From Scyliorhinus canicula (Eukaryota), in NCBI RefSeq assembly GCF_902713615.1, contig NC_052159.1:90868520-90932519 (forward strand): 64,000 bases of DNA. The letters are read 5' to 3'. The position numbers and the translations under genes were made by a program. The stretch's first letter is position 1. Each line of letters starts with the position of its first letter. Of this stretch, positions 23,626 through 37,079 are shown one piece after another. Under the pieces are notes generated by a model that worked only from the letters and a program-made list of their open reading frames with translations, ran no database searches and was not told the DNA's origin.

Positions 23626-24329
23626 ATTTTTGCCTCAGTCTATCTGCTTCTGAAACCCTCACCTTTTGTTACATCGGAAAAGACTTTTCCAAATCTCTTC
23701 TGGTCTTTCTTCCAACTTGTACTTGAAATGTTCATCTTTTGTGTTCAAATTCCTCCCTGGCTTTACCTTTCCTTATCTCTGTAACCTTCCAGGATTTTGT
23801 TTTTGCTCCAAATCTGATCTCTTGCCTATCCCTCTTATATTTCACCACACAATTGGTGGCCATGTCATCTGCTTCCTCATTCCTAAACTCTGTAGTTTCC
23901 TTCCGAAACTTCTCTCTGTCCGGGCGCGATTCAGGGGCGGTGCTCAGGTGCCAGGTTGGCACTGCCTGGGTCAAGCCCGTGGGGTGGGAGCCTAACCAAT
24001 TGGAGTGGAGAGTGAGTTCCCAGGGGCGTCAATAATGTTTGGGAGGGGGAGGGGGGTGGTTGATAAAACGGGTGGGACCTGAAAGGGAGGGGCCGGGAAG
24101 ATCAGGGCTGCAGGCCAAAATGGCACACCAATCCGCGAACCGCTGTTCCTGCAGGCAAAATCAACTCGCCAACAGGAAATCCACTAAAGTATGACCTCAG
24201 CAGGAGATAAACTGCCCAAAACCAAAAAAAAGGCAGAGTGCCATTGAATAGTGGGGTGATTCTCGGTGCTGCAGTGTTGAGAAGCACCCCTCAAAATGTG
24301 CCCAAAAGCAGACTTTAACATTTGTCCAC

Positions 24330-24505
24330 TGAATCACGCCCTCCATCTCCTTCTCCTTTAAGACTCCACTTAAAACCTGTTTTTGGCCTTCTGTCTTGCC
24401 ATCTTCTTGTTTGTTACATTGTTAACTTTTATCTGATTATATTTCTGCGAACTGCCTTTGGGCATTTTGCTATGTTAAAGGTTCCGTACAAAATTGCAAC
24501 TTGTA
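24330..24505 (+). mobile_element. L2 LINE 3' end
   Basis: tcctttaagactccacttaaaacc...gcctttgggcattttgctatgttaaagg...aattgcaacttgt. Confidence 0.55.
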
Positions 24506-25154
24506 TTAACTTTCTACCTTTAATTACCTGTGTTCTTGAATGGTGAAGATTATTATTGTGTCCCTTCCCCATCCTGAGGTCCACCTAACGCTGAGTAAAT
24601 ATTTGGCTGCTATCCCTCGAACACTCTTACCAATCAAGTATTCACTCATTCACAATTCCTCCGACACCACCCAGCACAAACCAATGTTAGATTTAACTTC
24701 ATTGACACTTTTTTGTAATTGATAAGGTTAAGTTATTAACTGGTGCTGTACATAAGCTGAATGACGAAAAGCATAATTTTCATGTATTATAGGACATTGT
24801 TAAGAAGTCTTTATGTTAGCACCTCCAAAATGCTGTAGTGAGTGTTACAAAGAGGTGTTACATAAAATGTTAATTTATAACATCGTTAGCTGAACATATA
24901 TTAGTTTATAATGTTTATAATGGCTGTACATACATACGTATTGAACTTTTTTGAAAAGGACACGTTTTGCTCAGCTTAGGACACTGGCTTACAGCGACTA
25001 CTAAGTTGCATTTGTGAAAGATAGAAGCTGCTTTTTCAGAGACAGAGGGTGTGTGATCCAACTTTTAGATGTAAAAATGGTATTGGATTTTGGTATACTC
25101 ACAAAGAGACTGTCACAGGGGCAACAGCCTTACCTAATCGCGCTTTCTTCTGAA

Positions 25155-25530
25155 ATCTCACCAAAGCGGGGCTATTTGTGGTTTGAAAAATCCACAAGAA
25201 GACTTCATTGCTGCAAACCAAGAGTTCTCAAAGGAGGATCTTGAATCAGCCCCACTGTCTCTAATGAGAGCCCCAAGAACCAGCAGCTACTGTGGACCAA
25301 GACCCTGCAACTGTGAACAAGCAACTGAACATTCTGTTAATCTCTCTTCTGAAATACCTCTCACCAAAACTGAGCTATTTGTGATTTGAAAATCATTGCT
25401 GCAAACCAAGAGTTCTTAAAGGAGGATCTTGAGTCAATCAAACCCACTATCTCTGATAAGTAATCTCTAGAACCAGCAACTCCTGTGGACCAAGACTCTT
25501 CAGCCGTGAACAAGCAACTGAACACTCTAT
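25155..25530. repeat. Diverged tandem duplication of about 190-200 bp inside a probable LTR-like region
   Basis: Two copies of ctcaccaaa...gctatttgtg...cattgctgcaaaccaagagttct.aaaggaggatcttga...tgtggaccaagac...gtgaacaagcaactgaaca. Confidence 0.8.
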
Positions 25531-26374
25531 TAATTTTATTTTCTTGATGTCACTTGTTACCAAGCCAAGTTTGTAATATCTGATACTCTGAAGAGTTTTA
25601 CTTTTTTGCATGCTTGGGGGGGGGGGGGGGGGGGGTGTTGCGTGTTGTTTTTTCATTACTGGGTAGTTGGACATATTTGTGCACTTTAAACCCTTTGTTA
25701 ATAATTTCTGCATAATTACCTGAGTGAGTTATAGTATTAAATCTAACTCTTATTTACTTAAGGAATCTAGCTGGTGTATTTCCTGAATCAAACTATGCAC
25801 AGTAAAATATTTTAAAATATTAAATTTAACATTTGTTATTACTAAATTCCAACACACTGAATTAAGGGTTGAAAGCTTGGAGGACTTCATCATCAGAGAT
25901 TGAATTCTCATGGACCACTCCGCCCCGCCCCGCATTGCTTTCATTCAATAGATCCTCCTGCATAATGTAGAGTACTGATCTGCTCCTGTTGATCTTTGTT
26001 GTGTAATCCTGAAGCAGTTCTGCACCTTGCGATTCTTTGCTCCAGTTTTTGTAATTCTGGGCCTGTTGCAAGCCTTCTGCACTGTGAAATGGTTCTGCGA
26101 GTGATGGTGAGGATTCCATGCTTCTGCTGATCCATGGAATTGTGCCTGCTTTTATGCTGCTGCTTGCTACTTTGGGTCTGTGCTCAGTGCACCCTGGCCT
26201 CTGCCTCTCAGCTTGCATGTGTTGTTCCTGTGATGTTACGAAGTTTTGGTGAGTCTTAATTTTTTTTCTTCGTTTGTCCTTCCTTCAAGCAGCTCTTTCT
26301 TTGCCAGTCCTGTACCTTCTGTTAAAAGTTTGCTGGGTCTTTTGCTCACTGCTTTCGTGTTTCATTGTGTAGTT

Positions 26375-26640
26375 GGAGCAGTTAGTACTGCTGCCTCACA
26401 GCACCAGAGACCCAGGTTCAATTCCGACATTGGGTGATTCTATGGAGCTTGCACGTTCTCCCTGTGTCTGCATGGTGCTCCGATTTCCTCCCACAGTCCA
26501 AAGATGTGCAGGTTGGGTGGATTGGCTATGCTAAATTGCCCCAGGGTAGGGAATTGGACCAATGTAGGCTGCTCTTTCAGAGGATCCGTGCAGACGCAAT
26601 GGGCTGAATGGCCTCCTGCACTGTCGGAATTCTATGATTC
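26375..26640 (+). mobile_element. HE1 SINE (degraded)
   Basis: gttagtactgctgcctcacagc...ttcctcccacagtccaaagatgtgc...gggctgaatggcctcc. Confidence 0.8.
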
Positions 26641-26914
26641 CGAGATGGAGGTTTTGGGGATTGTTTATTCTCCCAAATGCTTTCTCCTCCTTCCAGATCT
26701 CTCTCCGTTCTCAGGCACATGATTTGCCATCATTATTACTGCTATGGGCCATGTTTAGAGAACCCCAAAGTGTATCATGGTGTTCACCTGACCCATAACT
26801 TTTAATAGATTGTGGTATGGGGAGCACATGGCCCACTCTACAGGTGTGGTACAGCAGAAATGGAAAAGTATTTTTTAAAGCAAAACAATGTTTATTCTAT
26901 GAACTCAAGCTAAC

Positions 26915-27267
26915 ATAGAACATAGAACAGTACAGCACAGAACAGAACAGGCCCTTCGGCCCTCAATGTTGTGCCGAGCCATGATCACCCTACTCAAACC
27001 CACGTATCCACCCTATACCCGTAATCCAACAACCCCCCCCCCTTAACCTTACATTTATTAGGACACTACGGGCAATTTAGCATGGCCAATCCACCTAACC
27101 CGCACATCTTTGGACTGTGGGAGGAAACCGGAGCACCCGGAGGAAACCCACGCACACAGGGGGAGGACGTGTAGACTCCACACAGACAGTGACCCAGCCG
27201 GGAATCGAACCTGGGACCCTGGAGCTGTGAAGCATTTATGCTAACCACCATGCTACCCTGCTGCCCT
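26915..27267 (-). mobile_element. HE1 SINE nested in the LTR
   Basis: Full length, with TSD GCTAAC. Confidence 0.9.
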
Positions 27268-27429
27268 GCTAACCTTTTTAAAACATACAGTGAACATCCT
27301 AGCAACCATTAATTCAAATACAACCCCCAAAGAGTGCAACACTAAGTAATGCTTAATAACTTCCCAAACAACATCCAGAAGACAAAAGAAACACCTTTTA
27401 ACAGAAGCACATTAGGTTTACATTCACTA

Positions 27430-27574
27430 TGAAAATCGCTTATTGTCACGAGTAGGCTTCAATGAAGTTACTGTGAAAATCCCCTAGTTGCCACATTCCT
27501 GCGCCTGTCCGGGGAGGCTGGTACGGGAATCGAACCGTGCTGCTGGCCTGCTTGGTCTGCTTTAAAGGCCAGCG
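27430..27574 (-). mobile_element. 5'-truncated SINE-type element with ...gtgacaataa tail
   Basis: Near-identical to 52504-52672. Confidence 0.7.
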
Positions 27575-29120
27575 ACTACTGAGAACATTTATAATTCTGA
27601 ATTCACCAAATGATCAAGAGATAGTCTTTTGATGGCAGAGAGAACAGCAGTACACCTGCTTGGTCTGGTTTCAGTTCCAACACTGAAAACAAAACTAAAA
27701 CACACCCTACAGCAAACAGCCTAAAACGAAAGTAAAATGCTGACAGACAGCCCAGCTCCACCAACTCTCTGACATCACTGCAGTAGTAAACACCCATTTC
27801 TTAAAGGTACTCTCACTACAGATATTTATATACACACCCATTTATAAACACCCATTTATTGAAGGTACTCTCACATGACATTACATCAGCATCATGTATG
27901 CTTCTGATGTTAACCCTTAATTCTACAGCTCTCCAAACTTTTTATCCCTATCATATTTACATGCCCCTAACGTAGAGAGTCCAAATTCCTACACTGAGGA
28001 AACAGATGGGAAAAATGCATACTTCAGAATGGCTAAATGATAAAGAGGCCAAATAATCAGCAATAATAGTAGAGAAAAATTCCCATCTGATGCCTCCACC
28101 TCCCTTATGACATAGGCCCCCTCAGCTGACTGGAATCATGGAACCTCCAACTCCATACAATGAATAGCAAATTGTGAATTAAATATCAAGCCTATCCTCA
28201 TCCCTACTGATTCAAATTTATCTTCCTCATCACTCAAACCCACCCAGATTGGCTTAACTTTTAAATCATTAGCACTGAGTGCAGTCCTTGCTCACAAGTT
28301 GATTTTCCGGAGCAAAGCACCCTCTCTTGAAACACTCATCTTCCTCACCAAATTGCTTTTAATCCTCTTCCCTCCTTCCTACTCTCTTTCTCTTCCTACT
28401 CCTCTTCCACTCCTGTCTTCCTTCATCTTCTACCATCTCCCTCTTCATTCTCTCTTTACTCATCCCCCCTTCGTCTTGCATAAACTATCCTCTGCTTTCC
28501 ACCTCCCTTTCTCCACCCCTTCCTCACCATTCTAGACACAAAGTTAATCACTTATCCTTTATCATCAAACCTTGCTTGATTTGAAAAAATAAAAACTTGT
28601 CCCATATACCCACATTCAAGGTCACAGGTCACAAACTAATTGATCTGCAAGATATCACCATCCCCTAGGTGCCCCACCAGCACCACAAACCCACCAGAAG
28701 TCAAAGAACAGTGGAATACAGTCAAGACAGAGTGACCCTGGAAGCCTTCAATACAGGCCCCAAACCCTCTGAAGTCTCATGATTCCAGGCCAGTCATGGA
28801 CATTATCACCCACTGCCCTACCTCAGCTGATGAATCAATACTTCCCCACTTTGAACATCCCTTAGAAGAAGCACTGAGGGTAGCAGGGACACAAATGTAT
28901 TCTGGGTTGGTGACTTCAATGTCTGCCACCAGGACTGGCTCAATATCACGATTACTGCCAGAGCTGACAGAATCCTGAAGGGCATATCCGCCAGAGTGTC
29001 AACAATACCACAAGGGAAAAAGCTGCAAGACCTCATCCTCACCTATCTCTGCTGTCACAGATGCATATATCCATGGCAGTATTGATAAGAGTAACTAATT
29101 GACATTCCTTGTAGAGACAA

Positions 29121-29945
29121 GAGGAACAATTCACCCTAAATATTTCCATGTCCAATTTCAGGCGGGTTTGGCAGAGTTTTTCTCAGTGGCTGCAGTGCCA
29201 AGATTGACACCGCTATTCAAAGGTACTGAACTGTTTCTTTGGGCCTCGGGAGTTTCTCCCTGTCAAGGCCACACTTAACAGATTTCCTGCACTGGGGAGA
29301 TGAGCTCTCCAGCAGGAGTGACTCTTCACAGAGAGGGGTGCCATTTTGAACGGCTGCTCCGATCTCTACACCGCCCATGTTTCAGGATCCACCACTTTCA
29401 GGGACTCCCCCCTCCCCCACCCTTCATTCCCCCAACTTTTCTTTGGCCCCCTCAAAACCACCCTTTCATGGGCATGGCCCCTCAGACTCCGACCTCTGGC
29501 AATGCCAACCTGGCACCTGGGTACCTTTGCACTGGCAGCCCAGCAGTGTCCCTGGCAATGGTTGGCACTTCCAGGGTTGCCAGTGGTGGCACAGCCCTGA
29601 TCTGTCCCCGACCACCTGGAAGGCTCTTAATGGCCTGCAAGACCCCCGAGGTGCCATCACGCTGGGTCCACTATTGTGGAAACCAGTGCTACATGGCACC
29701 CGGTTGAGGCCTCGTAGGTGCACCGGGTGAATATGGCATCCAGATATTTAAATGAGCCAAATGGCAGGGTGTGATCCAGATCATGTCGGGCGTAGCGAGT
29801 AGGGTGACTCACGATCGGCCTGGTGCAAAGCGAGATTTGGCCTCTCCCGGGATTCACCTGTTGCGCCCAGCTTTGTGCCGGGCGTAACATGTTTGCTGAA
29901 GATTGCCCAAAGTCTTGGCTTCACGCTCAAGAAACCCTCTGGCCT
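29121..29945. mobile_element. Harbinger-like non-autonomous element
   Basis: Paralogous to 5774-6790. Ends are approximate. Confidence 0.55.
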
Positions 29946-30082
29946 GTTACATGGCACCACCACTGTGCTAAATGGGATAGATTCAGAACAGATCTCTCAG
30001 CTCAAAACTAGGCACAGTGAGGTACAATGAGCCACCATCAGTGGGAGAATTGTATTCCACCATGGAATACGTGTAACCTCAT

Positions 30083-30321
30083 GGTTGTGTTGTAATTCAC
30101 TGACTGACCACTAGGAGTCTAACTAGTATATATGTGAATGTTAAAGTTAGCTGACATCAGACTGGCTGGAGGAAGCTGAAGAGGTTGCTTGTGCATGTTT
30201 TTACTGTTATTCATCTGTTGTCTTGTATCTAGTTTACCCACAGTTACTGTTAATAAATCGTTTATAGCTTTAGCTACAAGTGTTCTTGTAATAAATCAGG
30301 CCACCTGACAAGAACATAACA
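30083..30321 (+). mobile_element. Small solo LTR
   Basis: Imperfect terminal inverted ends (ggttgtgttg / gaacataaca), TATA-like tatatat, and AATAAA at about 30252. Confidence 0.65.
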
Positions 30322-32779
30322 GGGCCTATCCATGTTAAGCAGTGAAGCAGTATACTACAGATAAAGCTAAACAAGCCCCCAACCAGTCAAGCAGATTAAA
30401 TCTGAGCAACATCCAGTTGTGAGTTGTATGAGCAATTCAACAACTATTGGGATAAGGTTCCATAAACATCCCCATGCTCAATGATGGCAGGATCCAGCAG
30501 ATGAGTGCCTAAGATGAGGCTGAAGCATTTACAACCATCTTCTGCCAGAAGTGCCGAATGAATAATCCTTGTTCATGTCCCACTTAGGCTCCCCCCCACC
30601 CCTCCTCATGATATCAAGGAATGGCTGAGCACACTGTACACAGCAAAGTATGTATACCTGACCTTGACAACATCTTGGCTGTACTGCTGACAACTTGTGC
30701 TCCAGAACCAGCTGCGCATCAAACCAAGCTGTTCCATTACAGTACAACACTGGCATCTACCCAACAAAGCAAAATATTGCCAGATGCATTCAGTTCACAA
30801 AAAGCAGGACAAATTCAATTCAGTAAATTAACACCCCATCAGCCTACGCTCAAACATCGGTACAATAATGGAAGTTGTCAGTGACAGTGCTATAAAGCAG
30901 CACTTAGCCAATAACAAATTGCTAATTGATTCTCAGTTTGTGTTCCTCCTGGACCGCTCAGCTCAGCTGAATTCCAGGAGTGTAGTTAGAGCAGTGAGAG
31001 TGACTGCTCTCTATATCAAGGCAGCAATTGACCAAGTGTGGCAACGAGGAGCCCCAGTAAAATTGAAGTGAGTGGGTGTTGGGAGAAAACTGTTCACTGG
31101 CTGGAGTTATACGTAAGACAAAGCAAGTTGATTGTAGAGGTCAATCATCCCAACCCCAGGACATTTCTGCACAACTTCCTCAGGGTAGTGCTCTAACAGT
31201 GACCTTCCCTCCATCATAAGGTTAGAATTGGGGATTTTGTTGCTGTTTTTCCAGGGTTCAGTTGCATTCACAACCTTTCAGATAGTAAAGCAATCCAGGA
31301 TAGCATGGAGCAAAAGTCAGATAATTGTATGTCATGAACTCATTTGGGCGGAATTCTCCTATTTTGAGACTAAATGCGATTCCAGCGGCTCTGGATGTGC
31401 CTGTCCCACTGACCAGAATGGTGGGATCCCATGTAAGATTCAGTGCCTGGAAGCTCATTAATTATGCACAAATGGAGACAAGGGGGCAGTGTAGAAGGAG
31501 GGCTGTGCAAGGGCTGGGAGGGTGAGGGCTCATGATGGGAGGCAAATGGGCATGGCGGTGGATGAAGAAGATGAACAATGGAAAGCAGAGGGAAGATTGA
31601 CAAGGCTGCATGAAAAGCTCACAAACAAGGAGTTCAAAGGGATGATTTGGTGGAAGGGGATGAATAAAGACTCCAAATGCGATAGGTAGAGGTCCAAGTG
31701 GAGCATGGACATCTCACAGGTGATGGGCTCAGGGGGGGCCGATTGTTGAATACATTAACAGACGTCCTCTTGAGGCTCCATCTTGGTGGGCTGGCAGCTT
31801 ATTCATCTGCCTCCCCTCGGCTGACAGGTTTGAAGGTCCTGGCCTAAGCACATTCATATCTCTCTCTTCAGCCCACCTATCTTCACCAGACCTTGCAGGA
31901 AGACACCAACCCAGGGGAAAAAGGCTCGCACCCTCAAGCAGAAGTCTGTTCCTTGACTCAATCATGTTTTCTGACTCTCCCAATATTTTTTTTGGGGGGG
32001 CACCCTTCAAGTGGGTTGGGCTTGGTCAGGGGGCTGGAGCATTCCAGCCTGGGGGTTGCCCCTGGGCCAGGGCAAGTGAGGGGTTTTCTGTCTGTGGCAC
32101 CTTCAAACCATATTTAAATATTGTGGAGACCATAACAGGGGTAACCACAGCTGCAGCCTGTCTGCCCTACCAAACTCTCCCAGGACTGAACCAGAATGCA
32201 GCTTCTCTCTTGAAAGTCAATTTCACCCCTTTGACTGTGAGTAGCTTCTCACTTCACAAATGAATGCTATTTCAAATGAGTAATTAAACTTGGTAGTTGT
32301 GAGGGCACTTCAAGCTCTTCAACTCTCAAATGCCTCCTCGAAGGCTCAGGTGCCCATGTCTCAGAGGTTGATTAGTGCACTACATGTCCAGAAAACCATG
32401 ATGCCTGAACAGTGTCCCTGTACTCTTCTGGAATCTGCACTGTAAAGGCAGCTGCCAACCATCAAACAGTATAGAGCAGGGTTTCACCACTGAGGATCTT
32501 CTTGTGACCAAAGGGTAAATGTGTGGATGAGCGGCAGAGACTGACCAGGTCCTCCCTAATAGTCCCACAGAAGTCATGGGGCTCCTGATGTGACCGGGGG
32601 TGAGTGTGCAGAGCAAGGTTTGCCAGCACAACTGGCTCACTGGTTGGCACTCTGAGAGACGGCGGGACAGTCATGGTAAGGGTGGGGACTCTTGGGGAAT
32701 TTGAGGGTCCCGAGTTGGAAGCCCTAACGGACTGTCGGTCTCTCTTCCTCCTATTCCTTGATAAAACTATGTTTGTGGT

Positions 32780-33352
32780 GTGGATCCCATAGAGGCTGCC
32801 CTCGCTGTGCTTCTGGCAGCTGAAGCAGGCAGACGTCGTAGAAGGCAGCAGCGACAATGCAGCCTGGAGGTGGCACCACATGTGCAGGGGACTGCAGCAC
32901 ACTCTGAAGACCCGGCCGCCCATCAGGCTGAGGAGGGAGCCAGAAGGGGAGCCCAACAATGGCCCAAGACTGACGAGTATCTTTGGCCATTCCATGAGCT
33001 GACGGACAACATATGCCGTAGAAAACTCCGATTCAGCAGGGAGACAGTGGAGCACCTGTGCCATGTCCTCATATTCATGGATTCCCGTGAAGAAGAATGA
33101 CACCCGCTCCTGGTGGTCATGAAGGTCACTGCAGCCTTCAACCTCAATGCCACCAGATCATTTCCAGGCTCAAGCAGGTACTTATATGGCATATCCCAAA
33201 CATCTGCCCACAGTGCATCCAGGAGGTGATGGATGCTCTGCATGCCCAGGCATCAGACGATATCATCTACAACTTGGACCAGGCCTGCCAAGATGCCAGA
33301 TTGCAGGATTTGCCACCAGGTACGGAGGGGGATTGATGGCATGCATGTCACC
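32780..33352 (+). mobile_element. PIF/Harbinger DDE transposase pseudogene, N-terminal half
   Basis: CRRKLRFSRETVEHLCHVL...HPLLVVMKVTAAFN..ATRSF...GISQTSAH/CIQEVMDALHA...GIDGMHV, a HARBI1-type HTH region plus the first catalytic Asp. Contains frameshifts. A TIR-like tgggcggaattctcc lies upstream at 31344. Confidence 0.82.
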
Positions 33353-33369
33353 TGGCGAGGACTGGGTGC

Positions 33370-33570
33370 ACCAGTTTCCTCCCACAGTCCAAAGATATAC
33401 AGGTTAGGTGGATTGGCTATGCTAAATTGCCCCTTGGTCTCCAAAGGGTTAGGTGGGGTTACTGGTCACGGGGATAGGGTAGAGGCGTGGGTTTAAGTAG
33501 GGTGCTGTTTCCAAGGGCCGATGTAGACCCGTTGGGCCGAATGGCCTTCTGCACTGTAAATTCTATGGTT
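33370..33570 (+). mobile_element. HE1 SINE 3' half
   Basis: ttcctcccacagtccaaagat...gggccgaatggccttctgcactgta. Confidence 0.85.
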
Positions 33571-33777
33571 GTATGAAACTAAACACCAGGGCAGATAGAG
33601 GAATCCAAACTGGCATAGGAGCCAAGTGTAGTGGAGGTGGCCAGGAGAGAAGATACTATGGTTCCATGCAAAGCTCAGAGGTTCTTAAGAATCACCCTCA
33701 TAAGGGATTGGGTAGGGGTAGACAGGAGGGTAAACTCCCAGAAACTGGACTGGTGGACCAGGTGTCCAGATCACCAA

Positions 33778-34720
33778 CAACCTGTCCTGTTCCCCCCCAT
33801 GCCGACACTATAGTTAAGAAAGACCACGAATGACTCTATTTACTCAGAAGACTAAGGAAATTTGGCATGTCAGCTACGACTCTCAACAACTTTTACAGAT
33901 GCACCATAGAAAGCAATCTTTCTGGTTGTATCACAGCCTGGTATGGATCCTGCTCTGCCCAAGACCACAGGAAACTACAAAATGTCGTGAATGTAGCCCA
34001 GTCCGTCACACAAACCAGCCTCCCATCCATTGACTCTATCTATAATTCCCGCTGCCTCAGAAAGGCAGCCAGCATAATTAAGGGCCCCATGCACCCCGGA
34101 CATACTCTCTTTCACCTTCTTCCATCAGGAAAAAGATACCAAAGTTTGAGGTCACGTACCAACTGACTCAAGAACAGCTTCTTCCCTACGGCCATCAGAC
34201 TTTTGAACGGACCTACCTCATATTAGAACATAGAACATAGAACAGTACAGCACAGAACAGGCCCTTCGGCCCTCGATGTTGTGCCGAGCAATGATCACCC
34301 TACTTAAACCCACGTAACCCGTATACCCGTAACCCAACAATCCCCCCATTAACCTTACACTATGGGCAATTTAGCATGGCCAATCCACCTAACCCGCACA
34401 TCTTTGGACTGTGGGAGGAAACCGGAGCACCCGGAGGAAACCCACGCACACACGGGGAGGACGTGCAGACTCCGCACAGACAGTGACCCAGCCGGGAACC
34501 GAACCTGGGACCCTGGAGCTGTGAAGCATTGATGCTAACCACCATGCTACCGTGAGGCCCCTTTAAGTTGATCTTTTCTCTACACCTTGCTATAACTGTA
34601 ATATTAATTCTGCTGTCTCTCCTTCCTTCCCTATGTACGGTATGCATTGTTTGTACAGCATGCAAGAAATAATACTTTTCACTGTATACTAATACATGTG
34701 ACAATAATAAATCAAATTAA
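33778..34720 (+). mobile_element. Rex1/Babar LINE 3' fragment with nested SINE
   Basis: [19 protein letters not shown]...HPGHTLFHLLPSGKRY; tail gtgacaataataaatc. Confidence 0.88.
34225..34557 (-). mobile_element. HE1 SINE
   Basis: Near-identical to 26915-27267 and 62621-62970. Confidence 0.9.
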
Positions 34721-35057
34721 AAACTTGGAAGCAGTACCACAAGATGTCTAATTATCTCACATAGATGGTCATTGTCAATGAATGCTTCATGACATTAGCA
34801 ACCTAACACACAAACAACCTCTTATACTGCTCAATGCTACACCTAGCTCCGTATTGCTGTCTGGATGAGCTTCAAATCACTTTCATAATAGTTACAGGGA
34901 CACACACTAAAACCTATCAACCAACAAATGATGAATTACATTATCCCTGACTGAGGCCATGGTGCATTATTTTTTTCTCATTCACTACAAACTCTTTAAG
35001 CAATGTTGACAATAGTATCCTCTCCTCCAGTGTCCAGCGTGGTGGAACTATTTTGCT

Positions 35058-35605
35058 TTGGTTACTTGAGAAAGGACGTACTGGCACTGGAGGGTGTGCA
35101 GAGGCGATTCACTAGGTTAATCCCAGAGCTGAAGGGGTTGGATTATGAGGAGAGGTTGAGTAGACTGGGACTGTACTCGTTGGAATTTAGAAGGATATGG
35201 GGGGATCTTATAGAAACATTTAAAATTATAAAGGGAATAGATAGGATAGATGCGGGCAGGTTGTTTCCACTGGCGGGTGACAGCAGAACTAGGGGGCATA
35301 GCCTCAAAATAAGGGGAAGTAGATTTAGGACTGAGTTTAGGAGGAACTTCTTCACCCAAAGGGTTGTGAATCTATGGAATTCCTTGCCCAGTGAAGCAGT
35401 TGAGGCTCCTTCATTACATGTTTTTAAGGTAAAGATAGATAGTTTTTTGAAGAATAAAGGGATTAAGGGTTATGGTGTTCGGGCCGGAAAGTGGAGCTGA
35501 GTCCACAAAAGATCAGCCATGATCTAATTGAATGGCGGAGCAGGCTCGAGGGGCCAGATGGCCTACTCCTGCTCCTAGTTCTTATGTTCTTATGTTCTTA
35601 TGTTC
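35058..35605 (+). mobile_element. CR1 LINE 3' end (young, 5'-truncated)
   Basis: Open frame YLRKDVLALEGVQRRFTRLIP...LYSLEFRR...RRNFFTQRVVNLWNSLP; tail (cttatgtt)n. Confidence 0.93.
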
Positions 35606-37079
35606 CCTGCTTAGCAATCGAACACAATCTGAAAATCTTTAACAACAGTTTCTCTTTCCCTTCTCAGTGAACCCAATAACACTCCCTGGCATCAAGACTC
35701 CCACCTAATATCCAGATACTTCACCTCACACACACACCTATAAATGCTGCCTCACATCCAATACTTCCACATAGCATTAATTATTCAATTATGGTAGACA
35801 TAGCACCCAAATGTAGTGGTACACGAGCACTAACATTCTACCACTTTTTTGTAGAACAAGGTGGCACCCAATAGATGGGACCAGAGTAAAGCTATTGATG
35901 AACAAGGAAACCTGCATCTCCTGAGTCCTACAGAGGTGATAGCTCTCAGCATCTTACATATGACTGTGACCGGGGTCCTCCAGCATCTGATATCACATTG
36001 AGGATGACTTTTGCTGCCTGGCATGATGAGCAAAGTGCAGATGGTGTGACCGTTGACCTTGCTTCTTACCCCACATGCCCCTCCATACAAAACAACAAAA
36101 TCCCTCCTCTGAGTTCCAATTCTTTCAGAGGCCCAAGAACTACGAGCTGCCCAGCCACAGGAGAAAGAAAGGAAGCAACAGCACAGCGTTGATGAAGAGC
36201 CCCCATCACTTGAATTGAAAATCATAGTCATCAACATAATTACTGGCACTGCACTTACACTGAAGGCTAATACAGAGTTTGGATCAGATGATGAGTCACC
36301 AGGTAAAAGTGGACTGAAACCAGGGTGAAAAGGTGGGTTATTCACCAGCTCACCAGATGGTGAGGCAACAGATAGGTTGCAAGGTCTTAGATTAGCACTT
36401 CATGAGGGCAACATATGAAGAGCACTGAATAGACATGCACACCAAGGTACCAGGGAAGCTCCAGTCACTGTCAAGGAGCATAGAGGATTTCAGCTCCAAT
36501 TTAGCAAAGGGCATGGCATGGAACATGTGCTCTTACAGTCTCTGCTGCAACTCCTGTCTTGTTACAAGCCAGAATCATTGGTATTGCTGCCCCCATACCT
36601 TTTGCAGACTTTGTGTACATCGGTCACCCAATTCCCTGCCATCCTTGTGAGGATTTGGTAACATTGTCTGCCAAATACACCGAAACATCTCTAAAACACT
36701 CAACGGTATTTTCAAACCCTTTACATTTTATGATGGGGGACATGTCGTGGGGATTAGAACATGGTGGACTTGCCACCAATTGAAATTTACATGTCCCCAC
36801 TCTCATCAAATACATATACATGTCCCCTCTCTGAATCAAACCCAACATTATTAAAGGACCCAATTTGCTATTTTATGCTTCTTTTCACAAATGTAGACAA
36901 TTAAGCATTTCCAGGACCTGTGCCATCCAAATTTGGTAACCTTGTGTCACCTCCACCAGTTGTGGGACATCAGGATACCACCAGCTCCATATGTTTGGGG
37001 TATGCAGAGGTGACATTGTGTGTTTCCATATCTCTGGAGAACATAGTTTGGGCTGTAAATGAGTGGCCAGTGGAGCAGC

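Larger units (their letters stand above)
26740..27880 (-). mobile_element. Solo LTR with two nested SINEs
   Basis: TG...CA termini and TSD TTAC (26736-39 / 27881-84). Same family as 56634-57189. AATAAA lies on the minus strand. Confidence 0.85.
28800..31330 (+). mobile_element. Degraded CR1/L2-group LINE ORF2, interrupted by a TIR element and a solo LTR
   Basis: EEALRVA...WVGDFNV endonuclease remnant at about 28870-28925. RT remnants (VRVTALYIKAAIDQVW; PQGS) at 31000-31190. Confidence 0.65.

Noticed and set aside
35830-36500. Further Harbinger Myb-gene remnant
   Set aside because: Only a weak LHLLSPTE-like resemblance was seen, too degraded to call.
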